64,000 bases of DNA from Spirochaetota bacterium (GCA_963664815.2 CAXXHB010000003.1:1312001-1376000); one strand, 5' to 3'. Counted from the first letter of the stretch, positions 53,934 through 63,358 are shown. Notes: generated by a model from the sequence alone, not told the origin. Program-made: numbers and translations.

Positions 53934-55494
53934 TATTGCAATATTTTTTAATAACTCTCTTGAGTCGATTCCATTTGCATTAACTTTAATTAATAATAAA
54001 GTTAGAATTATTAGAGATTTTAGACGCATAAGTTTCCCAGATAATATTATTACATTAGGATACACTGACACTATTGATTCATTTAGAAATCAAAATATTC
54101 CATTTAATGCAACTCAAAGAAGAATTGAAATTTTATATGCTTTAACAATATACTATTCTAAGGGTGACCAGTCGAAAAAATGGAAATTTCGTAAACCTGA
54201 AATCATAGGAAAATTTATAGAACCTTCTTTAATCACCAGGCTGAAACAATATGAAAATAATGAAATATCATGGAATGAATTTAGTAAAATTCTTTTTAAT
54301 CAAAAGACAAATTTATTAACTGCAGTTGATAACGTATATAATCAACTTATTACCGAATATACAAAAAATTCACTAATTAAACTGGCTTGGCTTGAAACAG
54401 AATTTTTTATTGATAATTATTTTTTAATTAATCAATATAATGGAATCATGGTTGATAAAAATAAAATTGAAAAACAGCTATATGATATGAACTTTCAAAA
54501 ATATTCTGCATTATTGTATTTAGAAAAGAATTATAATATGGATATTTCAAGTTCATATTTATCTGATGAAAAAATAGACGAACTTATACTTTCTGAGTAT
54601 AAAGATTTCGAACAAACAGAAGAAATTACTAATTTAATTCAAGTGGTTAATACTTCTGATAAAAGAATTGAATCAATAACTACAGTTAAAGAATGTCGTA
54701 TTGATTACGCAAATCTGATCAAACATTATTCTGCCGATGATATCCCATATGTATACCCACAATATGATGTCATTGGCAGTAGTAGTGGTAGAATCTTTAT
54801 TGCAAGCCCAGGTACACAATACTTAAAAAAATCAAGAAGAGACATATTTTCAGCACAAAAGAATCATACCCTTACATATTTTGATTTTAGAAATTATGAA
54901 CCTGGCATCGTTGCAGGTCTATCAAATGATAAAGATTTTATAAAATATTACAATTCAGGAGATATGTATTCAAAAATTGCATCTGAAGTTTATAATGACC
55001 CCGAAAAAAGAAAAGATGTAAAAATTTCAATTCTTATGTTATTATATGGTATGTCTACAGAATCCTTGCATAACTTTTTTAAAAATAATAGTAATTTTAA
55101 TCCTGATGGTGTTATTCATATTTTAAATGGTTTTATACAACTACAAGAATGGAAAAAAAGCATTTTGGACGATGTATTGAATAAATATGCTGTTATTGAT
55201 AAAACATATACAAGAAAGTTTTTACCAAATAGTGATTGGAAAATTAAAACATCCGCAGTTAACCATATAATACAATCAACTGGTTCTCGGATTCTAAAGC
55301 GTTGCATTAAAGAAATTGTTAATATTGAAGGAATTAAAATACTAATACCAATGCACGATGCACTTCTATGTGAAATTATTGATAACAAATATGTTGAGAT
55401 TAAAGAACAAGTAATTCATAAAATGGAGAGCATCTTTACTGATGAAGTAACGCATACTTCCTCCAAAGTAATCGTAACGGATTTTTCATCGTAA
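53926..55494 (+). CDS. Stand-alone family A DNA polymerase (polymerase domain, no 5'-3' exonuclease)
   Basis: SSGRIFIASPGTQ, motif A DFRNYEP, motif B RKDVKISILMLLYGM, AVNHIIQSTGS, motif C MHDALL; 8-nt overlap with RT (ATGCTTAA). Confidence 0.9.
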   Translation: MLNIAIFFNNSLESIPFALTLINNKVRIIRDFRRISFPDNIITLGYTDTIDSFRNQNIPFNATQRRIEILYALTIYYSKGDQSKKWKFRKPEIIGKFIEPSLITRLKQYENNEISWNEFSKILFNQKTNLLTAVDNVYNQLITEYTKNSLIKLAWLETEFFIDNYFLINQYNGIMVDKNKIEKQLYDMNFQKYSALLYLEKNYNMDISSSYLSDEKIDELILSEYKDFEQTEEITNLIQVVNTSDKRIESITTVKECRIDYANLIKHYSADDIPYVYPQYDVIGSSSGRIFIASPGTQYLKKSRRDIFSAQKNHTLTYFDFRNYEPGIVAGLSNDKDFIKYYNSGDMYSKIASEVYNDPEKRKDVKISILMLLYGMSTESLHNFFKNNSNFNPDGVIHILNGFIQLQEWKKSILDDVLNKYAVIDKTYTRKFLPNSDWKIKTSAVNHIIQSTGSRILKRCIKEIVNIEGIKILIPMHDALLCEIIDNKYVEIKEQVIHKMESIFTDEVTHTSSKVIVTDFSS

Positions 55495-55564
55495 ATTCAC
55501 GGTTCTGTAAAAATTATTAGTATATAAATAAATATATGCTAATGTTTAACTCGGGGGCAACTGC

Positions 55565-55689
55565 ATATAACTTATAGAAGTCTTAACGATGTTGCCTCAA
55601 AAAAACCGCTAATCTTTATTAGCGGTATAAAAACATTAAACAGATAATTTCAATCTTCAGACAACAGCTATGTTAAGACTCTGTTGGAC
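55565..55689 (+). repeat. attC-like site, long type, copy 1
   Basis: TAAC..AGTCTTAACGATGTTG...CAACAGCTATGTTAAGACT..GTTGGAC; near-identical copies at 58119, 61989, 63383. Confidence 0.8.
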
Positions 55690-55700
55690 GAAACCACTGG

Positions 55701-55792
55701 GATCGAACAGTATATATAGGAATTTGAATGGGGGGAGAGGAGAGAATAGAAGAGGGCATCTTTGATCGAACAGTATATATAGGAATTTGAAT
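55701..55792. repeat. 29-bp direct repeat GATCGAACAGTATATATAGGAATTTGAAT, probable IS91-like end
   Basis: Identical at 55701-55729 and 55764-55792, downstream of the IS91-type transposase. Confidence 0.7.
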
Positions 55793-56004
55793 CCGTTTTC
55801 TCCCGATCTTTGAAAGAACATACAGTAATAATCCGGTGATTTTACCGGAAAAAATAATAATCCCGTAAAATAATTATTTCTATAGTTATCTGATAGACTG
55901 TGAATGGCGATTTTATGCAAAATCTCAAAAGCTCCGGGCATACTTATCCTCTCTATGAAACAGTTTTTTAAATTTGTGAAGTATAGCTATACTCTTTATA
56001 ACAG

Positions 56005-56586
56005 CTAACCGTAAGTCGACAGGCCATGGATATAATGAATGTGTCCCTTTTCGCACTCCCTGCAGAGAGTTATATCAATCCTGAAATATTTCCAGAACAG
56101 AAATGCCGTATCCTCAAGAAGCTCTTTGCTTCGCTCATCCTGCTCCGCCAGGGGCTGACCAAGAAACATCCGGCAAAGGGCAAGATTGTTTGCCCTGTTA
56201 CGGTTTTCCATAAAACCGAAGAACCGGACTTTTTTAAATCCTTTAGGAAGAATATGCAGTACCAGACGTTTCATAAATTGAATCTCTGTAACAACCTCCA
56301 TTTTACTCTGCTTCCTTTTTCTATTGTAATAGCGGATGTAAACATTTCCATTCTCCGCTTTCTGTATCCGTTTATCACTGACTGCACTTTTAGCAACGTA
56401 TCTTGAAAGATAGCGGACTATGTTTTCCGGTTTCCTTTTATCTTTGCCGGGAAGCTGGGAGTTTACAACCCATGGAATATGCGCAAGCTGATTAAAAAGC
56501 TTTGCAATATCTTCAATACCGTCAGGTGTCTTTAAAGAACCGTTTTTAAGTTCTTTGCCGAGGTGGAATAAAAGCATTTTTCTGAA
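56005..56586 (-). pseudogene. IS91-family (Y2) transposase, C-terminal fragment
   Basis: WVVN..., VRYLSRYV...AVSDKRI, FMKRLVLHILPKGFKKVRFFG, terminal CRECEKG; N-terminus lost at the intron junction. Confidence 0.85.
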
Positions 56587-56980
56587 TGTCAAAGGAAGCC
56601 TTTAAAAATCCCGATACTGTTCTTATTCAGGCTCTATGGAGATGGGGCAGATTCAGACACTCGATGAAAAATTCTTTATGGCTTAAAAACCTGTACTGGA
56701 AACGCATAGGAAACAGGGACTTAAACTTTCTGCTCTGATGAGGAGATTCTTATTACTGCAGGACACAATAAAATTGTACGGCACAGAATGATAAGTCTTG
56801 ACAGGAACCCATTTTTAAAAGAATATTCTGATTATTTCTACTATAGGAAAATGGGAATACAAACAGATAACAGCGGCTGGTTGTATAGAGAGCTTAAGAC
56901 GGCTTGAGCCGTATGAAGGGAAAGTTTCACGTACGGTTCTTATGGGGGGAAGGGGGTGCGAGCTTCCTGACCTACCAGAC
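56587..56980 (+). mobile_element. 5'-truncated group II intron remnant 1 (decayed maturase end plus domains V-VI)
   Basis: SKEAF..DTVL.QALWRW, KIVRHRMISLDRNPF; DV GAGCCGTATGAAGGGAAAGTTTCACGTACGGTTC; DVI ending CCTACCAGAC. Confidence 0.85.
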
Positions 56981-57030
56981 TTTTCACCTGAATGCCGGAG
57001 ACATCGGTAACTCATAAAAGGATCGTATTT

Positions 57031-58104
57031 ATGAATTTTAATGTTACAATACTAACTGCTCCAGATCCAGAAATAACACTTAAGAAAGAAATCAACCTTT
57101 TGAAAGTCGCATTATTGTATTCTGATAAAATAACACTTATAAGTCCAACAGCATCAATGTTGCTATCAGTAATGCAAATGCATTTATTGGATGACGATAG
57201 TAAATTTGAGTTAGTAAAAACATATATGTTAGCTACTGGACAAGGAAATTATGACGAAATCGTTAATTTATATTCGACATATAAAAATCTGAAAACAAAG
57301 AAGCGTCTTTCAAGAGAAGAGTTATTATTAAAAATAAAACTGCGCGAAGGATTTGAAAAATTTACTAAATCACTTTCTGAAATCGGTGAAAAATTTTATA
57401 ATAATTCAAATTTCGATAAACTTGTACCTTTAATCGAAAAAGGATTTATTGAATTTAAACATTTCAATTATGGTATTGATGATGTTCAAGAATTTTTCAT
57501 GAATGAAATATTGGACGTTTTGAATGATGTCTATAAATATCCTTTATTTGATAACATGATTGAAGGAATCACTCATGCATATTCGATTGAAAATAATTTA
57601 TCAATTGCTAACAATAATCCAAAAGAAATTAAAATGGGAAAAGAAGTTCTTTTTAAACTTCCTAATATTGAAGAGTTAGATTTTATAGAAATAATTGAAT
57701 TAAAAAACAATTTAAATATAGAACTATCTAGATTTAAAGGAGCTTTATTAAATTATTCAAACAGTTTGATTTCATTACCATATTCAGAAAAAGACGATGT
57801 TGAAATATTTAAAAAATATGAATATTATATAAAACCAGAACTCGCTGATTTAAAAAATCAAATATCTCAAAATAAATTTATTAAGAAAATAAGAAATGAA
57901 TTGCTGAGCAATTCTACTAAATATGCAACTCAAACAATGGTGTGTATTGGATTATGTGAATTGATGGAATTTAATAAACTTATTTCAACTGTTGGTTTTT
58001 TAGGTGAATCAATGTATAAAACATTTAAAACAAAAGCTGATGAAAGTAAAAAAATAAAAAAACATCCTTTATTTTTCTATCATTCGATGGAGAAATTAAA
58101 ATAA
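57031..58104 (+). CDS. Hypothetical cassette protein
   Basis: 357-aa AT-rich ORF (LKVALLYSDKITLISP); AAGGA SD; followed by attC-like site. Confidence 0.75.
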   Translation: MNFNVTILTAPDPEITLKKEINLLKVALLYSDKITLISPTASMLLSVMQMHLLDDDSKFELVKTYMLATGQGNYDEIVNLYSTYKNLKTKKRLSREELLLKIKLREGFEKFTKSLSEIGEKFYNNSNFDKLVPLIEKGFIEFKHFNYGIDDVQEFFMNEILDVLNDVYKYPLFDNMIEGITHAYSIENNLSIANNNPKEIKMGKEVLFKLPNIEELDFIEIIELKNNLNIELSRFKGALLNYSNSLISLPYSEKDDVEIFKKYEYYIKPELADLKNQISQNKFIKKIRNELLSNSTKYATQTMVCIGLCELMEFNKLISTVGFLGESMYKTFKTKADESKKIKKHPLFFYHSMEKLK

Positions 58105-58118
58105 AAAGTGAAAACTGC

Positions 58119-58226
58119 ACACAACTTATAGAAGTCTTAACGTAGTTGCCTCAAAAAAACCGCTAATCTTTATTAGCGATATAAAAACATTAAACAGATA
58201 ATTTCAATCTTCAGACAGCAGCTATG
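58119..58226 (+). repeat. attC-like site, long type, copy 2 (3'-truncated)
   Basis: Matches copy 1 up to GCAGCTATG, then jumps into sequence similar to 55897-55917. Confidence 0.75.
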
Positions 58227-58414
58227 ACCGTGAATAGCGATTTTGTGGATAGTGTCGCATTGTATAAAATAACTGTCTTGATTATTTATGAAAAGAATAG
58301 TATAAAGGTATATAAAGTACTGTAGAGTATTACTTATATCCGAAGATTTTATCTGTCAAACATTTAAAAAATCACTCTTTCGTACGCGGTAATGATTTAA
58401 ACGAGGGAATATTT

Positions 58415-59236
58415 GTGTTAATATATAAAGACAAATTTACTACTTTTCAGAAAGAAAATACGAAAACATCATATCAATCAACAATTGAAAATTTTGAATA
58501 CTTTTTGTGTAAGACATATAATTCTGAAATTAATGAAAACAATATAACAAGGACACAGATGATAAGTTATAATCAGTATCTAGTTAATATTTTTAATGAG
58601 GAAAGAACAATTTCAACACATATTTATGGGATAAGATCTTATTTTAAATTTTTATACAGGAAAGGTTATATTGAAAGTGATCCATCGACAATTCTTGAAT
58701 CACCACAGATTAAAAGAAAATCACCAATAATAATTACTCCCGAAGATCTTGAACAAATGCTAGATTTTCGATTAAATTCATTAGAAGATTACAGATTAAG
58801 AGTAATCATATTAATACTGTATTATACAGGATTAAAAGTCTCAGAATTAGTAGAATTAGAAATTGATGATGTTAAAGAGAATACATTAGTAGTTAAAAAT
58901 CAATTCAGTGGTTTTAGAGAACTACCATTGAATGGTGTTACGATCCAGTCAATAAATCAATATCTACTTCAAAGAGATGAGTTAAATGTATATTCACAAT
59001 ATTTAATTCACAGCAAGAAAGGAAGCATGCTAAATAGAAAATCATTATGGAGAATTTTAAATAGATTTACTGATAAAGAAAAATTTGGAAGCGATATAAA
59101 TCCAAATACTTTTAGAGAAAATTATATTATAAATAAACTTTGTGAACTACAGTATTTTTTAGGTTATGATAATTTGGGTAGCTTAATGAATTATATTCAT
59201 GAACATATAAAATATCAAAAGACTAGTGAAGACTAG
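58415..59236 (+). CDS. XerC/D-like tyrosine recombinase with degenerate catalytic residues
   Basis: SAM-like N-domain (IYGIRSYFKFL), YYTGLKVSEL, NPNTFRENY, LQYFLGY; GTG start. Confidence 0.75.
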   Translation: MLIYKDKFTTFQKENTKTSYQSTIENFEYFLCKTYNSEINENNITRTQMISYNQYLVNIFNEERTISTHIYGIRSYFKFLYRKGYIESDPSTILESPQIKRKSPIIITPEDLEQMLDFRLNSLEDYRLRVIILILYYTGLKVSELVELEIDDVKENTLVVKNQFSGFRELPLNGVTIQSINQYLLQRDELNVYSQYLIHSKKGSMLNRKSLWRILNRFTDKEKFGSDINPNTFRENYIINKLCELQYFLGYDNLGSLMNYIHEHIKYQKTSED

Positions 59237-59601
59237 ATCAGTTGAGAGTGACTCATACGTTTTGTATTCGCTTATTTTCATTTTTCATGGTTGCTTTATA
59301 TAACAAAGGAGTCTGTCTGAAAAAAATGTTTTAAACCGGATTATCTTCCGTCATTATTGATACCCAGACTTTTAATTGTTTTTAGGAATATGTATTCTTA
59401 TTTATTCAAATTTCTACATACGAATTATTCTTGCAATTATAAATCCGGTAATCTAAAATCCATTAATATTGTATTGGGCTACTGCTCAGGTGATTATGTC
59501 AAGCAAACAGGACGTTTGCACTTCGGCTGGCTCAGTTACCAGCTGCCGGCATATAACAGGTGATGCACTGATCGGCGTCGAAGTGATGTTATAAAAAAGC
59601 C

Positions 59602-59664
59602 GGCCAACTTGAAGAGTATCTCAATCAGTGAAGATTGATTAAGATACTCTTCTTAACGTTATCT
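59602..59664 (+). repeat. attC-like site, short type
   Basis: CAAC-TT-GAAGAGTATCT-CAATC..GATTG-ATTA-AGATACTCTTC-TTAAC-GTTATCT; partial copies at 62125-62172 and 63519-63566. Confidence 0.7.
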
Positions 59665-59748
59665 GAAATCGCCTTTTTTGGATTAAAGGCGAGCCGCCAT
59701 CCGTGGCGGTAAATATTAAAATGAAGATTGACTTGGACGAATACTTAT

Positions 59749-60312
59749 ATGATGAAATATGATATAAACAATAACCCTCCTAAGAAAAGACATGATATTT
59801 TCTTTAAATGGTATATATCTACAATTAGATATTACTTACATGATGCATATAACCATTTTGAAAAAAATTATGACAAAACAGATAAAGAATTGATTACAAA
59901 GGAAGGCCTTCTTAATGATAATGAATTAATACATTGGTCAAAAGATTTAGTAATTGAATCAACTATACTGTTGTTAAATAATTTAATTGAGACTATAATT
60001 CAATCGATAGCTATTAAAATAGGAGAATATGACTTAGATACAATTAAAAATATAAATAGATTCGAACAGATTTCAATAATTGAGAGTAAATGTAACATAA
60101 AATTAAATACTATTTCTGGTTGGACTCATGTTGAAAAAATTAGAAAAGATGCAAACTTATTAAAGCATAACACAGGTTTTAAAATAATCCCTAGTTCTAA
60201 TGGCGTCATGGAGATTCAAAAGGTTAAAAGATCGGTTGAAGAATTGGATAAAAGCATTTCCATTATTGAAAAGTGGTTTATTAAATTCATTGATTTAACA
60301 AATGACATATAA
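59749..60312 (+). CDS. Hypothetical cassette protein, possible HEPN domain
   Basis: Helical protein with IE...W..VEKIRKDANLLKHNTG (R/N..KH HEPN-like motif). Confidence 0.6.
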   Translation: MMKYDINNNPPKKRHDIFFKWYISTIRYYLHDAYNHFEKNYDKTDKELITKEGLLNDNELIHWSKDLVIESTILLLNNLIETIIQSIAIKIGEYDLDTIKNINRFEQISIIESKCNIKLNTISGWTHVEKIRKDANLLKHNTGFKIIPSSNGVMEIQKVKRSVEELDKSISIIEKWFIKFIDLTNDI

Positions 60313-60386
60313 AGAATATCTATTTTAACCAGATGTATGTATTCCGGCCCAAACCTGCCACCCATTCCGGTTTTAGTCTGCCTCAC

Positions 60387-60808
60387 TGTCAAATGAAGCC
60401 TTTTAAAAATACCGATACTGTTCTTTTTCAGGCTCTATGGAGATGGCGCAGATTCAGGCACCCGATGAAAAAATATTTTATAGCTTAAAAAACGATGCTT
60501 TCAAACACATATGAAAAATGGACTTAAACTTTCTGTACTGATGATGAGATTCTTATATCTGCAGGACAGACACATTAAAATTGTACGGCACAGAATGATA
60601 ATTCTTGACAGGAACCCATTTTTAAAAGAAGATTCTGATTATTTCTGCTATAGAAAAATTGGAATACAAATGCTAACAGCGACTGGTATAGAGAGCTTAT
60701 GACAGCTTGAGCCGTATGAAAGGCGACCGGGGGAAGTGCCTGTGGTAAAAACTTTCACGAACGGTTCTTATGGGGGAAAGGGAGTGTAAACTCCCTGACC
60801 TACCAGAC
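60387..60808 (+). mobile_element. 5'-truncated group II intron remnant 2
   Basis: Homologous to 56587-56980 from the same TGTCAAA start; IKIVRHRMIILDRNPF; DV carries an insertion; ends CCTACCAGAC. Confidence 0.85.
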
Positions 60809-60849
60809 TTTTCGGGTGTATGAAACGGATTAGGCAAAAAGGAAAACTA

Positions 60850-61947
60850 ATGAATGACAAGTGGATGAAATTACTACTACGTTGGAAAAATATTCCAAAA
60901 GTGGAATTAAGTCGCACATCTTTTGAGATTGCGGGGTATCCTCATTTAGAAAATGTTAGTAGTAATATTTTAGCATTCTATTTTTGTGATGAAAACGAAC
61001 ATAATCTTGGAGACCTTTTTTTAAAATCAATACTCGAAATTATTTCAAGTTCAAACCATGATTCTTTTTCATTTGAGAACATTACTGTCCAAAAAGAAAT
61101 TACTACTGACGAAGGGAAAAGAATTGATTTGATAATAGAAACACCTGAATACTTAATTGGTATTGAAAATAAACTTTTTAGCTGGCTTCATAACGACCTA
61201 ACAAACTACCGAAAGCATCTAGAAAACTCAAAAAAATATGATAAGCAAAAAATATTTGCTGTAGTTTTATCGTTAAATCGACTTGATGACGATTTTTCAA
61301 GAAATAAAATCAATTCTAATGAATTTATTAATATTACTTATGACGATTTATTTTCTCGAGTAAGAAAAAATATTGGTGATTACATAAATAATTCAAATGA
61401 AAGATATTCACGAATACTACTTGAGTACATTGAAACAATAGAAAATTTAAAAGGAAGAAATATGGAAAATAAAGAAATGGAATTATTCTTTCAAGAACAT
61501 AAAGAGGATTTGAATGAACTAACACATAAATACAACGAATATTTACAACGTATCAGCAATAAAATATATGACTTGAAAAACATTATGTCAGAATTGGAAT
61601 TTTTTCGAACATTCAATAGAGAATGGATTTATGATAAATGTTGCTTGGTTTATGATTATTTAATAGATAATAATAGTGTTTCTATAGATACATACATTGG
61701 TACCGATGGCTGGTCTGTGGAACTCTTTGGAAGAAATACAAAATCTTCCTCTTATATTAATACAGAATTGATTTCAAATCATGAGCTATTAAGTATTGTA
61801 AATAATAATATAAAGAAAAGTGGCCGTAATGGAATAATAATATATGAAAATAGAGACATAAATGCTATTGAATCAACGAGTAAGAAACTATTAGAATTGA
61901 TAATTTTTCTTGAAAAAATAAAATCAGATAAAGGAAGTAATGCCTAA
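60850..61947 (+). CDS. PD-(D/E)XK nuclease family protein (PDDEXK_4-like)
   Basis: ENVSSNILAF, HNLGDLFL, KE...KRIDLII..IGIENK..HNDL..Y. Confidence 0.85.
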   Translation: MNDKWMKLLLRWKNIPKVELSRTSFEIAGYPHLENVSSNILAFYFCDENEHNLGDLFLKSILEIISSSNHDSFSFENITVQKEITTDEGKRIDLIIETPEYLIGIENKLFSWLHNDLTNYRKHLENSKKYDKQKIFAVVLSLNRLDDDFSRNKINSNEFINITYDDLFSRVRKNIGDYINNSNERYSRILLEYIETIENLKGRNMENKEMELFFQEHKEDLNELTHKYNEYLQRISNKIYDLKNIMSELEFFRTFNREWIYDKCCLVYDYLIDNNSVSIDTYIGTDGWSVELFGRNTKSSSYINTELISNHELLSIVNNNIKKSGRNGIIIYENRDINAIESTSKKLLELIIFLEKIKSDKGSNA

Positions 61948-61988
61948 GCTGTATTAAGAGAGAATTATATATACACCCGAATAAGATC

Positions 61989-62172
61989 GCACAACGTATA
62001 GAAGTCTTAACGTAGCTGCCTCAAAAAAACTGCTGGTCTTTATCAGCGGTATAAAAATATTAAGCAAATAATTTTAATTTCAGAGAGCAGCTATGTTAAG
62101 ACTTTTGTTGGACGAAACAACTGATATCTCAATCGGAGAAGATTGATTAAGATACTCTTCTTAACGTTATGT
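61989..62172 (+). repeat. Composite: long attC-like copy 3 + GTTGGACGAAACAACTG scar + partial short attC
   Basis: Direct comparison with 55565-55699 and 59617-59664. Confidence 0.8.
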
Positions 62173-62200
62173 GAAAGTTTTGAAATAAAATACAAAAAAA

Positions 62201-63358
62201 ATGAGTCAAAAAATTATGAATGAAATAAATATATTATTAGAAAAAATAAAACTCATTATCAAGTATAACGCAAATTTTTTTGAAAATGAGAATACTAATT
62301 TTAACATATTTCATGTTTGCGGTGTGAATCATTATGAAAATACTCATTCATCAATAATTGCTGAGTTTTTTAAAACTGATGGAACACATGGTTTTAAAGA
62401 AAAGTTTTTAAAGGCGTTTTTAGACGTTCTTTTATCTGAGAAAATAATAGATAATAATTTTAATTTTTCATTTTCTAATGTAAAAGTTAAAACTGAATTT
62501 ATTATTAATAATGGACGTATTGATATTATAATTACTAACACTGAAAAACAGGCTATAATAATTGAAAATAAAATTTATGCAGAAGATCAATTCAAACAGT
62601 TAAAACGTTATTCAGATTATGGTAAACAAGAATTCAAACAAAATTTTATTCTACTGTATCTTACATTGTTTGGTGATGAAGCATCTGAACAAAGCAGACA
62701 GAATGTAGAATATAAACAAATATCTTACAATCATATTGTAATCGAATGGTTGGAAAGATGTGTTGAAATATCAGCTCGTAATGCAGTAGTTAGAGAAACA
62801 TTAATTCAATATATCAATTATATAAAAAAACTAACAGGTCAAGATATGAAAACTCGAAGCAATAATGAATTGATTGAATTTTTAAGTAAAAAAGAAAATA
62901 TACAAGCCGCATTATTAATTGGGCAGAACATTAATGCTGTTATAAATAATATTGTTAATAATATATTCATCCCACAACTTACAAATCTTTGTAATGAATT
63001 AAATCTAATTAATATGTCATCAGAATGTGATTGGTTTAATGAATCATGGGCTGGATTTCAAATTAAAAATCCTAATTGGAAGTATTTTAAAATAGCATTA
63101 GAATTTGAAGCAAAAGGATTAAGAAATTGTATTATCGGATTTAATCATATTGATATTAAAGAAAGAAATGACATAACATTTAATGAACTTAAAAATCTTA
63201 TGAAAAGAAATAATACTAATTGGGCGTGGAATGATTTTCCTGTCTATCAGAGTTGGAATAATGATGCAATTATTGCAATTTTAAATGGAGAAATGGCTGA
63301 AATTTTTAAAACAGAAATAAAAAAATTACTTGATATTACGAATAATTTGACAATGTAA
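62201..63358 (+). CDS. PD-(D/E)XK nuclease family protein (PDDEXK_4-like)
   Basis: FNIF, ENTHSSIIA, HGFKEKFL, TE...GRIDIII..IIIENKIYAEDQFKQLKRY, LYLTLFG. Confidence 0.9.
   Translation: MSQKIMNEINILLEKIKLIIKYNANFFENENTNFNIFHVCGVNHYENTHSSIIAEFFKTDGTHGFKEKFLKAFLDVLLSEKIIDNNFNFSFSNVKVKTEFIINNGRIDIIITNTEKQAIIIENKIYAEDQFKQLKRYSDYGKQEFKQNFILLYLTLFGDEASEQSRQNVEYKQISYNHIVIEWLERCVEISARNAVVRETLIQYINYIKKLTGQDMKTRSNNELIEFLSKKENIQAALLIGQNINAVINNIVNNIFIPQLTNLCNELNLINMSSECDWFNESWAGFQIKNPNWKYFKIALEFEAKGLRNCIIGFNHIDIKERNDITFNELKNLMKRNNTNWAWNDFPVYQSWNNDAIIAILNGEMAEIFKTEIKKLLDITNNLTM

Noticed and set aside
53926-55494. Housekeeping polA or prophage polymerase
   Set aside because: Too short, no 5'-3' exonuclease, AT-rich, coupled to the RT within a cassette, and no phage genes nearby
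56815-57015. Minus-strand ORF 56815-57015 and plus-strand ORF 60511-60702 as genes
   Set aside because: The first is the antisense of intron DV-DVI; the second is a frameshifted maturase fragment
58415-59236. The array's integron integrase
   Set aside because: No IntI-specific insertion, catalytic residues substituted, located mid-array; the remnant ending at 52187 fits better
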